Below, one piece after another: positions 48,062 through 61,100 of a stretch of 64,000 bases of DNA. Source of the DNA: Macrostomum hystrix (Eukaryota; Animalia; Platyhelminthes); the NCBI GenBank assembly GCA_950097015.1, contig CATNEN010000039.1, positions 992,001-1,056,000 of the forward strand, read 5' to 3'. The notes beneath the pieces were generated by a model that searched no databases, was not told the origin of the DNA, and saw only the letters and a list, made by a program, of their open reading frames with translations. Each line of letters opens with the position of its first letter. Position 1 is the stretch's first letter. A program made the translations under genes and the position numbers.

Positions 48062-50167
48062 TACTAGAAGGCTAGAAGGGTAGAAGGTTAAGCAGGAGAA
48101 GGCGGGAAAGAATGCGCGGTCCAACAGCCTGGTGCTCCAGGATGGTCGCGCAAGTCGATGGCGCCAATTAAAGGAGAGGAACTCCCCACGAGGCCACGAT
48201 AGGACGATACCCACTTTCCTACAAATTATTAACAGCGCGAGCCGCTGACAGCCGGCTGGTGAGTTAAAGCTCAAAAAGCTGTTTAACTAATTTTTCTAAG
48301 AGTTAAATAGAGTTGCTATTAGTTTAGTTAAAACATAAATTTGCATTCAATTTTAACTTCAGTTTCAATAAAATGACTACTTAGCTAAATAATTGGCAGA
48401 CTTGTTAATTCTCAGAAAAATCTGTTAAAAAACTATTTTTTAAGTTAAACAAATTCCTTTGCATAAAACGATAAAAATTTATTTCACCAAACTTAGGACC
48501 ACAAAAAAACTAAATAAATAAATAGCTATACGTGCAGCACACAAAAAATATTCTCACACAAAACGCACTAACTTTGCTAAGATTCTGTCGACGTGGCTAC
48601 AGACACCCAGTAAGTTCCATTTAAACTCGTTACTAGATCGCCTCTGATATGGGTATTTTCGACTAGTAGTATCTGCTGTGTCGCAAATGGCTAAGTGAAG
48701 CTCATTCGTAAGAAGTAGTCTAAGCTCGAGGCAAGACTAAATATTTATTGCGATTCAGCATATAGCGAGATATTTCATAGCGATCATGGGATGGGTGGAA
48801 AATGACAATATTCTAGGGTAGTCGGCTAGGTGCACACAGGTGGATGCACGCAGATAATATAATCAGAGAAAAAGAGAGCAAGATCTTGTACTGCAATAAA
48901 AACTGAGTGAATAATATAATAACCACAATAACAGAATGAATAATATAAACCACACGTCAAAGGCTGCCTCAATAAAAAGGGAGGTATTGTTTGCTTTCTG
49001 AATCGAAAATGGAGTGATAGAATTAGTAAGATATAAAGGATATCACAAATGAACAATTTGCTAAAAAACTATTTTCCACCTCAAAACCAGGCTGCAAACA
49101 ATGCACCATAGAGAGCTCGATCAACCGCCTTCGATCAGGCTTCTGCTTCTCTCCCACAAGGTGAGCCAAGAGTTCTTCCTGCTGGTATGCATGAGAACTT
49201 ATTTTCAGGCAGGTTAGGGGACAACCGCATGCACGCTAAGGAGTTGCCCACCTGATCCGCGGCTTTGTCAATCCCAAGGTAATCAGTCTAGCGATACTGA
49301 CTACCTGCAAGAATTGTTGGTTGAAGAACTAAGAAACATGGTCTTCAAGTAGCAGCCACGAAGCTTAGGAAAGATCCCCGTCGGCCAATGGATCGCTGGC
49401 AAAGCTTAACTTCTTAAGCGACTAATTGCAGATGACGGCTCGATGATCTACTTACGAAGACATACAACGACGACGCTAGCGACGACGCTAACTCACCAGC
49501 CGGCTGTCAGCGGCTCAGCGGCTCGCGCAGTTAGTGTTACTTAATTTTAAAGGCAAGTGGGTGTCGTGGGGATTTGCTCTCCCATTGATTCGCGCCACCC
49601 CCGACATCATTACCGCCTTCTTCCGTAACCTTCTCCCATTCTTCCCTAGCCTTCTACCCCTTTCTTCCCTAGCCTTCTACCCCTTTCTTCCCTAGCCTTC
49701 TACCCCCTTCTTTCCTAGCCTTATAACCCTTTCTTCCGTAGCCTTCTACCCCCTTCTTTCCTAGCCTTATAACCCTTTCTTCCCTCAGCGGCTCAGCGGC
49801 TCGCGCAGTTAGTGTTACTTAATTTTAAAGGCAAGTGGGTGTCGTGGGGATTTGCTCTCCCATTGATTCGCGCCACCCCCGACATCATTACCGCCTTCTT
49901 CCGTAACCTTCTACCCATTCTTCCCTAGCCTTCTACCCCTTTCTTCCCTAGCCTTCTACCCCTTTCTTCCCTAGCCTTCTACCCCCTTCTTTCCTAGCCT
50001 TATAACCCTTTCTTCCGTAGCCTTCTACCCCCTTCTTTCCTAGCCTTATAACCCTTTCTTCCCTAGCCTTCTACCCCCTTCTTTCCTAGCCTTATAACCC
50101 TTTCTTCCGTAGCCTTCTAACCCTTTCTTCCCTAGCCTTCTACCCTCTACTTTCCTAGCCTTCTACC
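48062..50167. mobile_element. Element or element pair with ~200-bp diverged inverted arms; right arm tandemly duplicated
   Basis: 48231-48266 (AACAGCGCGAGCCGCTGACAGCCGGCTGGTGAGTTA) is the reverse complement of 49489-49533, and similarity extends outward. 49506-49785 is repeated at 49786-50060 with internal CCTAGCCTTCTACCC repeats. Confidence 0.55.
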
Positions 50168-50829
50168 GCATGAGTCCAACCTCTCCCTGAATCTCACAAA
50201 GGTGACTCACCCACCACCACGAGTCTCACATTAAGTCTCACGCCTGAGTTTCCTCTCTCCTGAGTCTCACAGTCTCCGTGACTCTCAACTCTTCGCCCCT
50301 CCCAATTATCTACAAATAAATAAGTCGCAGTCTTAAGAAAAAAAAGGTTGACCAAAAATAGACAATCAAATGAAATGAAACAGTCAATACTCACCAAGGA
50401 CATGGAAAGCGGACAATAAGTAATACCTCGAAAGCTAAGCGATAAATTGCTAGTTTAAACAGGCGGGTGCATCGAATTTTGCCAGCGAGAGAAATGACAG
50501 TTATCATCGCTCTCACTTATAAGTTCTACTTGTATTTTTAAACCATACGCTCGTATCCATCAAACCACCCGCTTGTGGGAAAGCTTTCATACCGCCCACG
50601 CAAAGCATATTTTAACCACGTGCTATGATATGCTATTTTTAGCTTCTTAACGAATGGTGAGACAGCAATAGAGTCGCTGTAACGTGCCCATGCGTTTTCT
50701 CTGAATCGCAAAGAGTGGGGCCACCGAATAAAATAGATTATTCAATTGCATAATTAATTTCCACTGATTCGATCCAACCAATTTAAGTTTTTTAGGATCT
50801 CCAGATGATTCAGCGGACAGGAAGCAGCC

Positions 50830-51780
50830 AGCCTGCTGAGGAGCGCGATTGCGCGCAATGATGGTGCGGGCGTTGCCCGCCTGCACTGCGGTGCCGCGGC
50901 GACGGAGGATACGGCCCCGAACACCGAGCTCGCCAGTCCTGGCGCGGATTCGGGCGGCCAAGGTGTCGATCAGCTCGACCGCTTGCGGGCCGAATGCGCC
51001 CAGCGTCTCAACGCCAAATGGGCGGAAGTCAGCGAACTTGGCGGTTGCAGAGGTCAGCGAACTTGGCGGTTGCAGAGGTCAGCGAACTTGGCGGTTGCAA
51101 AGGTCAGCGAACTTGGCGGTTGCAGAGGTCAGCGAACTTGGCGGTTGCAGAGGTCAGCGAACTTGGCGGTTGCAGAGGTCAGCGATCTTGGCGGTTGCAG
51201 AGGTCAGCGAACTTGGCGGTTGCAGAGGTCAGCGAACTTGGCGGTTGCAGAGGTCAGCGAACTTGACGGTTGCAGAGGTCAGCGGACTTGACGGTTGCAG
51301 AGGTCAGCGAACTTGGCGTTGGCGGTCTTGCGCGCCTCAGCAGCTTCTGCGACAGCAGAGGCTTGCAGGTGACTTGGGGCGCAGGTGTGAGTGACTGTCG
51401 CTTCCCAGGCCAGCGGCAGACCCCGCTCGACGCCGTCGAATCGGCGGGAGTCGCTCCCGGACAGGCCAGCGGGTTGACGTCGTCGTAGTCAGCGAGTGCC
51501 GGCGGGTCACGAAAAGACGCACCGGCGCGGAGTTCGTAGGTGGCCCAGTGAGATGGAGCATCGTGGCGGTCGATGGAGCCGAGCCGCTCGGCGATTGCAC
51601 TGAGGGCGCGCTTGGCTAATGACTCTCCCACAGCGGATGCGCCGACTGCAGCTCCGAGCAGCTTGAATTTGTCAGGAGTGGTGGCGGAGCAGCCTGGCAG
51701 GATTTTGCGACTGCCTGTGACGAACGAGGGGTCAGCAGACACGGTTTCGCATTGAGCTTCATTGACCCGAGGCCGACGGC
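50830..51780 (-). mobile_element. Degenerate CRE-like non-LTR retrotransposon (RT end plus restriction-like endonuclease)
   Basis: FKLLGAAVG, RRFDG...LAWEATVTHTCAPSH...AEAAEARK...KFADL and RARTGE...AVQAGNA match the RLE C-terminal pattern. Confidence 0.65.
51029..51318. repeat. 25-bp minisatellite inside the CRE-like element
   Basis: Unit TCAGCGAACTTGGCGGTTGCAGAGG, about 11.5 copies. Confidence 0.95.
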
Positions 51781-52520
51781 GGCCGGTTTCCGGGCAGCAG
51801 CGTCATTGCGGTCCAGATGCCGGTCAGGAAAAAGTACGCCACAGTGACTAGCACCAGCACTGCATGCCTTCGGTTCATTGTTACAGGACGCGCCTGAGGT
51901 TTAGGTTCCCAGGTGGACCTGCATTGCGAATCATTGGCAATTGCCTACCAGAACAGAGTTTCGTTGAAAACTGATTGACAGGCCTCATAGCAGAATTTTA
52001 AAGCAAAATACTTGACGATACTGAATCACACTTTCAGCAAAATATAGCTAAAAGTAGAAGTAGAAGTTGCAAGCTACCTTTTCTGGACTAGTCTGCTGCT
52101 GAATTTCGTTTCCACGGGGTGGCTCGTTTCAGTATCTGCAGCAAGCAGCAGGGAAACTCTTTTAAAACCATCGGCAGCTGTTGCTCCCAGATCGCGCAGA
52201 CTTGTTGCCTCCAGTGAGATCCCTAGCTGAGGCCGCGCTGTGATGTTCAGTAATGCGACTTAATCTGCAGTTAGCATGGCCACAAAATTCTCAGGCAAAT
52301 AAAATGGAAGATATGTACTATATTATAGTATGTACTTTATGACAGACAAATTTATATCCAAAAAGAAGCAAAGCAAGTGCGCTCTACTTTTCTCAATCAA
52401 TGTTTCCAAGAAGCCGTTTAACTAATCCCTTGCTTCTGACAGTGCAAAACTATGCAGAAAGCCAAACCAAGCTTATTTTATTTATTCTTTCTTATTGCAC
52501 ACAAAATCTGTTGAAGTCTT

Positions 52521-55500
52521 TCAAAACAGCAGCTCGTGCGGCTTCTGACCGGAGCTAATGCTGAACAGCGACTTCAGGTAGGACCTGAGCATCGCGCCAT
52601 CGCCAGTAGCCTTGATGGCGCCCATTAAGGCCTTATCAACGGCGGCTTGGTCTTCGCGACGTTCAGCCGACACAGCGTAGGCGGCCTCGGACTTGGCAAA
52701 GATGTCGCCAGCGCCTGACGCTTTCTTGTTGGCAGCGGCCGAGCGCTGACGGCGGAAATAGGCGTCGTTCAGGCGCTCCGGCAGAGCCACCTTGCTGATG
52801 TCGATGCGGGTCTTGGTGCCGATGACGTAGCGCTGGCTGACGCGACGCAGCGGGCAGCCATTGAGCTTGCGCGGACCAGTTACGAGAAGCAGGCCGCTCT
52901 CCAGCTGCTTGAGCAGAACAACCCGCTTGCCCTTGTGCCGGCCAGCCAGTAGGATCAAAATAGCGCCCGGCACCAGGCTGGGGCGCAGGCGACGCACGTG
53001 CTTCTTGAAGGTTTTTTTAGGCCGCAGCTGCACCTTGCGGCTGGGCACCTGGGTCGGCAGGGACTTAGGCTGGAAAGAAACAGAAGCAATGTACTCGAAT
53101 CTTGTCATTACAAAGAGCCGCCCAACCCACCCGAACTACTAGACCTGCTGTGCTGATAACAGTTTCATACAGACACACCCGAACTACTAGACCTGCTGTG
53201 CTGATAACAGTTTCATACAGACACACCCGAACTACTAGACCTGCTGTGCTGATAACAGTTTCATACAGACACACCCGAACTACTAGACCTGCTGTGCTGA
53301 TAACAGTTTCATACAGAACCACCCGAACTACTAGACCTGCTGTGCTGATAACAGTTTCATACAGACCCACCCGAACTACTAGACCTGCTGTGCTGATAAC
53401 AGTTTCATACAGACCCACCCGAACTACTAGACCTGCTGTGCTGATAACAGTTTCATACAGACACACCCGAACTACTAGACCTGCTGTGCTGATAACAGTT
53501 TCATACAGACCCACCCGAACTACTAGACCTGCTGTGCTGATAACAGTTTCATACAGACACACCCGAACTACTAGACCTGCTGTGCTGATAACAGTTTCAT
53601 AGAGACCCACCCGAACTACTAGACCTGCTGATGCTGATAACAGTTTCATAGAGACCCACCCGAACTACTAGACCTGCTGTGCTGATAACAGTTTCATACA
53701 GACCCACCCGAACTACTAGACCTGCTGTGCTGATAACAGTTTCATACAGACCCACCCGAACTACTAGACCTGCTGTGCTGATAACAGTTTCATACAGACC
53801 CACCCGAACTACTAGACCTGCTGTGCTGATAACAGTTTCATAGCTTGTTAAAGTGAAACACTAGGAAACGACAAGGCTACAAACTCCCACCCATTGCGCT
53901 CATCTCTCGCCCAGATGAGCGCATACTCACCGACTTGCGGTAGACCTTCCTCTCGCCGCCATTCTTGTCGCCCTTGATCTGCTTGACAACGAAAGCGGCT
54001 ACAGCCTTCTTGGTCGCGCTTTTAGCTGCCGGAGTCTTAACCTTCTTGACTTTGTAGGCCGCCTTGCGCTGAAAGATGCGAGCCCTGCTGTACTTCATTA
54101 GCTGGCCAGCGTTGATGGCCGAGTTCTTCGGCTTGTGGGGACCCTTAGTCTTGGCCATTTGCTGCAAACAATTCAGGTGCGATTGGTTTGACAGTTTCAT
54201 TGTAGCTCGGGGGTTGGAAAACTTAAAGTCCTCGCAATCGCAGGTTAAAGAGAAGGAAAAATTATCCGAGAGAGTAAGAGAAGACATGAGACCAAGGAGA
54301 AATGTGACTGGATATACGAGACAAGGGAGAAAATATACAGGAAAGATAGAGATGGGGAAATTACGAGGGGTGTTGCAAAAGTTTGATTCTTCAAAAACTT
54401 TAAACAGACGAACAGGCAACTGTATTTTATAATATTACTAGCTTTTTTTGCCCGTTGTTTTTGGGGCAGAAATTTAAAGCAAAGCAGTAAGCAATTCACG
54501 TCTCTGTATTAACTTTATAGTGAAGGTCACCATTTATTTATTTACTGCATTAATGAAAAGTGAAGAGTTTGTTTAAGGTCGTTTTAAGTAAAAAAGAAGT
54601 GAAAAGTTTGTCCAAACAGCCCCCTCTTGATTACTTCTTTAGAAACATGTCTCTTAGCCACTCCTCTATGCAGTCAGTGGCAGATCCAGGAATTTTGTTT
54701 TGGGGCGGTCTGTCAGGGGAGCGCCATGAGAATCACAGAGGGGGTGCCAGCAGCCGAAAAAGGGCGCCAGGAGCCAAGAAAGGGCGCCAGCGGCTGAAAA
54801 ACGGGAGCCAGCGGCTGAAAAAGGGGCGCCAGCGGCCGAAAAGGGGCGCCAGTGCTGCGACTGGCGCCCCTGGTGGGGGCATCTTATTCCCATGATTAAA
54901 ATTTGGGGGGGGGGGCGACTGCCCCCCGCCCCCCCCCTAAATCTGCCTCTGTATACAGTATGCATGTACACGCGTATACATAAGGAAAATAGCCATGGCA
55001 TAACAATAACAATGTCAAAGAAACAAAATTAAACTGTTTCAGAGTTCAGAGTTAGACAGGTCAAGGTCAATTCGTGACTACTTTTCTATTAATTGCTTGC
55101 GAGTCACCTCAAGGCCTGGGGATACACCACATTCTTCGTTCTTCCCCTTGGTGCGAAAATGAATAGGCCAGCTGGAGTTCCAACACGGGAGCAGGCGACA
55201 TAAAGCTGCCCATGCGAGAAGCAAGGAGTCTCCAGGTTGATGCCAGCCACCTTCAGCGACTGTCCCTGAGCCTTGTTAATAGTCATTGCAAAGCACACTC
55301 TCACAGGGAACTGCAGTCGCTTGAACTGAAATGGCAGGTCCGTGGGGATAATTGGAATCCGGGGAACGAACACAGACTCTCCTCTGCCAGATCCAGTCAT
55401 TATCGTGGCCTCAATCACGTGTGGGAAGAGCCGCCTGACTATCAGTCTGGTGCCGTTACACAGCCTTGGCGCATTCAGGTTGCGGAGGAGCATAATTGGT

Positions 55501-57323
55501 GCCCCAACTTTCAGCTGCAAGTTGTGCGATGGAGTTCCAGGAGGATCTAGAGAGTTCAGAAACTCAACAGGATACTCCACAGCGGTGTCATCAGTCAACG
55601 TTGTATCAATTGACTTGTAGGTGAAAACTGCACCTGGCAACTCCTGAAGCAGTTGGTAGTTAATTTCGTTGGCGGCATCATTTCTAGGACACAGAATTGC
55701 CCTCTCTGACAGCCAGTCAACGTCAGCATATCGAACCATCAGGTTCGGGTAAACTTTTGCCTTGAGCTCCTGCACTGACTGCACAATGGTTCCGATTGTA
55801 GCGATCGATGACTGCCCATCCTCGGTGCTAATCTCCAGCAGACCAGCAGATTGGCAGAGAACTCATGAGCTGTTTCGTCTCCTTGAATTGTAGCTCTCAT
55901 GTTTGTTCGTAGGTGCAACTTCACAACCGATGGCCACAGGTGAGATGATTTTAGGCAAGCATTAATCTCATCAGCAGGAGTGCCACGCGGAATTACAGGC
56001 AGCGTCTGTCTAAAGTCTCCAGACAGCAGCAGAGTGACACCACCCATCAGTTGATCGCCAGCCTCTCTCTTTCTTCTATCCCAGGCTGGCTGGAGAGAAA
56101 TATCGACCGGAGAGCCCTGCGCACTGGGACGCCACCGCACTCAGTCTCAGTGCTGCTTGGGGGCCAGTAGACAGTCTAGGGGTTTGGGCTGTGTACATTC
56201 ACGGCTTGAAATACAATGTACAGTCTGGGGCTTCGGTGCCCGGGGAAGGGAGGGGGTGGCTGTAATAAAATTTGGCCCGCAGAGTGGCGGAGGGGAGTTG
56301 GGGTGGCTGTCCTCGGAAAACAAAAAGTGACTCACTTTGAGATGATGCAGCTTTGCTCTGGATTGAGTAGAGATGTTCAAAATTGACAGCATTGTTGGAA
56401 AACATGTAAAGTGTAAGTGGATCAAATTTGGAGAAAGTCTGACAAAGTGGGGCGACGATATGTCGAATTGAGTGATTTTTTGACGATTTTTGAGCAGTTT
56501 TTTGCACTTTTGAGCAGGAAGGAAATGATTTTTCGGGAATTTGAGTAGCCTATTGCACTCAGCGTAGGTGGTTTTAGGTATGTGCAAAGTTTGGTGCGAT
56601 TTGGTTGAGCGGTTTCGGCGTCTATAAAGACAAAAGGTTGCACACACACAGACAGACACACACAGACAGAGTTTTCACTTTTATATATATAGATAAAGTT
56701 TCAGAAAGTTTGGAGTTGATGGTCCAAAGTAATAAGCGATTGTACACTAGATTATTATAGTCATGAAATACGATTTCCGAGTTACAGCTACCAATCACTG
56801 TCACTGTCGCTTCTATCGGCTGAATACCATAGACATCAATTTTCAGCCAAATCAAGCACGAATTGTCACCAGGATTAGCATTAGTCCGGAAACTTTTGCA
56901 ACACCCCTCGTAGTAAAAAATAGATGAGAGACTGGGAAAGACACTTTGGGGTGGACTTTAGAGGCAGTTTGGGCAAACCTTGTTAGTGAATAAAATGACA
57001 GAAAAGAGGAAATTATACAGCAAAATTAAATGAAAGCCGATGCCAGCAAAAACAGAGTGCAACGGAAAAAATCAAGTGCTACTACAATAGTATCATATTA
57101 CAACATTACAAAATAAAACTGTTTACTTTAGTATTTTATTAAAATAATTATAGCTTGCAATTCCTTAATTTAATAAGGAATATTTAGGAGACATGCTAAA
57201 TATGACAAGCACCAAGAAGTGAACAAGAATTCACAACAGAAGTAAGGCTTTAGGAAATTGATTCAGTCATTATGTTCAACCTACTTTGCCCTGTAGTGGC
57301 TTTTTCTGCGACTTGGGAGCCAT
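52521..57323 (-). CDS. RPL6: 60S ribosomal protein L6 (eL6), 3 coding exons
   Basis: Exons 57323-57285 (MAPKSQKKPLQGK, less certain), 54161-53931 (KYSRARIFQRKA...GDKNGGER) and 53069-52521 (LRPSLVPGAILILLAGRHKGKRVV...PHELLF). All phase 0. Confidence 0.93.
53126..53841. repeat. 48-bp minisatellite in last RPL6 intron
   Basis: Unit CCGAACTACTAGACCTGCTGTGCTGATAACAGTTTCATACAGACMCAC, about 15 copies. Confidence 0.95.
54438..56693 (-). mobile_element. Non-autonomous Helitron carrying the C-terminal part of the PIF1-like helicase
   Basis: 5' A|TCTATATATATAAAAG at 56693, and a 3' GCCC..GGGC hairpin then CTAG|T at 54438. Helicase motifs GDFRQTLPV, RAILCPRN, LCNGTRL, FAMTINKAQGQSL and HGQLYVACSRV at 55104-56050. 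Confidence 0.88.
54675..54951. mobile_element. hAT-type MITE with 8-bp TSD inside the Helitron
   Basis: TIRs CAGTGGCAGATCCAGG / CCTAAATCTGCCTCTG. Flanks TATGCAGT and TATACAGT. Confidence 0.75.
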
Positions 57324-57625
57324 TTTGATAATTCTCGTACTGGAACTGGAAATTAATAGTGCACTATTAGAACGAGCTTTACCTTTTGGTAGTCTACGAC
57401 TAATTAGAAAACACATAAAATCAAAATCTGAAACAATGTTACACATTAAGAAACCAGCATAAAAGCTTGTTTTAGTGTATTTAAAATAGTTGAATTTTTT
57501 TGACGTGCTAGCAAACTAATTTACAATAAATTGAACATCATCACATCAACTAGAATTCCATATGCGGTCCAGCTTTTATTCCACATTAAGTGACTGTGTT
57601 TAAAGAACAACAATCCAATGGCTAT

Positions 57626-57970
57626 TCACACAGCTTGATCATAGATACGAAAGGTGGGCAACAGTGCCAATCGGTTAGCCTTGGACTGGAATCGATCGTG
57701 CAGCAGCCATTGGGAAGATTCGGCCAATACGTTGCACTCGTAGATTGGGAATTCGACTAGTTCGCGCGGAGTCTCCCAGGAGCCCAGGATCAGCCGGCCG
57801 AATCTATCGTAGATCGCCCGACGTTGGCGCAGGTGCACCCGCACGGTGGCCTGCACAAACTGATGATCGCGGCCCATCTCGTGTTTAGCGAACTTCACAA
57901 TCTCCGGCTTTCTAACTACGGAGATTAATTCGAAACGGTAGGACCGATTCAGGATGGAGTCGGTCATGAC
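57626..57970 (-). CDS. MRPL45: Mitochondrial ribosomal protein mL45 (Tim44-like domain), last coding exon
   Basis: QATVRVHLRQRRAIYDRFGRLILG...ELVEFPIYE...WLLH matches the mL45 C-terminus. Acceptor CCAG|GTC at 57970 and AATAAA at ~57580. Upstream exons lie outside the window. Confidence 0.8.
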   Translation of the reverse strand, partial: VMTDSILNRSYRFELISVVRKPEIVKFAKHEMGRDHQFVQATVRVHLRQRRAIYDRFGRLILGSWETPRELVEFPIYECNVLAESSQWLLHDRFQSKANRLALLPTFRIYDQAV

Positions 57971-58132
57971 CTGGATGGTTTTTGGAGACTTTCGATTTGT
58001 TAATGCAAAAAGCAAGTTGGTGCTAACTAAGGCTCAGCAGCCACCCCAATCCAGCCAAACAATTCAAAGCAAACCTGAACTCTTGACTAATTTAACTCTC
58101 ATTTGCCTCACTTGAGTCTGTTCCTTACCATG

Positions 58133-61100
58133 ACTACAGTGTATCATCTCTATCACTACAGTGTATCATCTCTATCACTACAGTGTATCATCTCTATCAC
58201 TACAGTGTATCATCTCTATCACTACAGTGTATCATCTCTATCACTACAGTGTATCATCTTTATCACTACTGTGTATCATCTCTATCACTACAGTGTATCA
58301 TCTCTATCACTACAGTGTATCATCTCCATCACTACAGTGTATCATCTCTATCACTACAGTGTATCATCTCCATCACTACACTGTATCATCTTTATCACTA
58401 CAGTGTATCATCTCTATCACTACAGTGTATCATCTCTATCACTACAGTGTATCATCTCTATCACTAAAGTGTATCATCTCTATCACTACAGTGTATCATC
58501 TCCATCACTACAGTGTATCATCTCTATCACTACAGTGTATCATCTCTATCACTACAGTGTATCATCTCTATCACTACAGTGTATCATCTCTATCACTACA
58601 GTGTATCATCTCTATCACTACAGTGTATCATCTTTATCACTACAGTGTATCATCTCTATCACTACAGTGTATCATCTCCATCACTACAGTGTATCATCTC
58701 TATCACTACAGTGTATCATCTCTATCACTACAGTGTATCATCTTTATCACTACAGTGTATCATCTTTATCACTACTGTGTATCATCTCTATCACTACAGT
58801 GTATCATCTCTATCACTACAGTGTATCATCTCCATCACTACAGTGTATCATCTCTATCACTACAGTGTATCATCTCCATCACTACAGTGTATCATCTTTA
58901 TCACTACAGTGTATCATCTCTATCACTACAGTGTATCATCTCTATCACTACAGTGTATCATCTCTATCACTACAGTGTATCATCTCTATCACTACAGTGT
59001 ATCATCTCTATCACTACAGTGTATCATCTCTATCACTACAGTGTATCATCTTTATCACTACAGTGTATCATCTTTATCACTACTGTGTATCATCTCTATC
59101 ACTACAGTGTATCATCTCTATCACTACAGTGTATCATCTCCATCACTACAGTGTATCATCTTTATCACTACAGTGTATCATCTCTATCACTACAGTGTAT
59201 CATCTCTATCACTACAGTGTATCATCTCCATCACTACAGTGTATCATCTCTATCACTACAGTGTATCATCTCCATCACTACAGTGTATCATCTCTATCAC
59301 TACAGTGTATCATCTCTATCACTACAGTGTATCATCTCTATCACTACAGTGTATCATCTCTATCACTACAGTGTATCATCTCCATCACTACAGTGTATCA
59401 TCTTTATCACTACAGTGTATCATCTCTATCACTACAGTGTATCATCTCTATCACTACAGTGTATCATCTCTATCACTACAGTGTATCATCTCTATCACTA
59501 AAGTGTATCATCTCTATCACTACTGTGTATCATCTCTATCACTACAGTGTATCATCTCCATCACTACAGTGTATCATCTCCATCACTACAGTGTATCATC
59601 TCTATCACTACAGTGTATCATCTCTATCACTACAGTGTATCATCTTTATCACTACAGTGTATCATCTCTATCACTACAGTGTATCATCTCTATCACTACA
59701 GTGTATCATCTCTATCACTACAGTGTATCATCTTTATCACTACTGTGTATCATCTCTATCACTACTGTGTATCATCTCTATCACTACAGTGTATCATCTC
59801 TATCACTACAGTGTATCATCTCCATCACTACAGTGAATCGTCTCTATCAACAGTGTATCATCTCTATCACTACAGTGTATCATCTTTATCACTACAGTGT
59901 ATCATCTCTATCACTACAGTGTATCATCTTTATCACTACAGTGTATCATCTCTATCACTACAGTGTATCATCTCTATCACTACAGTGTATCATCTCTATC
60001 ACTAGTGTATCATCTCTATCACTACAGTGTATCATCTCTATCACTAAAGTGTATCATCTCTATCACTACTGTGTATCATCTCTATCACTACAGTGTATCA
60101 TCTCCATCACTACAGTGTATCATCTCTATCACTACAGTGTATCATCTCCATCACTACTGTGTATCATCTCTATCACTACAGTGTATCATCTCTATCACTA
60201 CAGTGTATCATCTCTATCACTACAGTGTATCATCTCTATCACTACAGTGTATCATCTCTATCACTACAGTGTATCATCTCTATCACTACAGTGTATCATC
60301 TCTATCACTACAGTGTATCATCTTTATCACTACTGTGTATCATCTCTATCACTACAGTGTATCATCTCTATCACTACAGTGTATCATCTCCATCACTACA
60401 GTGTATCATCTCTATCACTACAGTGTATCATCTCCATCACTACAGTGTATCATCTTTATCACTACAGTGTATCATCTCTATCACTACAGTGTATCATCTC
60501 TATCACTACAGTGTATCATCTCTATCACTACAGTGTATCATCTCTATCACTACAGTGTATCATCTCTATCACTACAGTGTATCATCTTTATCACTACAGT
60601 GTATCATCTCCATCACTACTGTGTATCATCTCTATCACTACTACAGTGTATCATCTCTATCACTACAGTGTATCATCTCCATCACTACAGTGTATCATCT
60701 TTATCACTACAGTGTATCATCTTTATCACTACAGTGTATCATCTCTATCACTACAGTGTATCATCTCCATCACTACAGTGTATCATCTCTATCACTACAG
60801 TGTATCATCTCTATCACTACAGTGTATCATCTCTATCACTACAGTGTATCATCTCTATCACTAAAGTGTATCATCTCTATCACTACTGTGTATCATCTCT
60901 ATCACTACAGTGTATCATCTCCATCACTACAGTGTATCATCTCCATCACTACAGTGTATCATCTCCATCACTACAGTGTATCATCTCTATCACTACAGTG
61001 TATCATCTCTATCACTACAGTGTATCATCTTTATCACTACAGTGTATCATCTCTATCACTACAGTGTATCATCTCTATCACTACAGTGTATCATCTTTAT

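Larger units (their letters stand above)
54364..56910. mobile_element. Mariner-type MITE (21-bp TIR, TA TSD) split by a Helitron
   Basis: TA|CGAGGGGTGTTGCAAAAGTTT ... AAACTTTTGCAACACCCCTCG|TA. Confidence 0.85.

Noticed and set aside
55104-55784. Host PIF1 helicase gene
   Set aside because: N-terminally truncated, frameshifted and enclosed by Helitron termini inside an RPL6 intron.
58121-58135. Donor-like TG|GTAAGG at the edge of the 22-bp satellite (minus strand)
   Set aside because: Upstream sequence is pure satellite with stops on that strand. No exon can be supported without RNA data.
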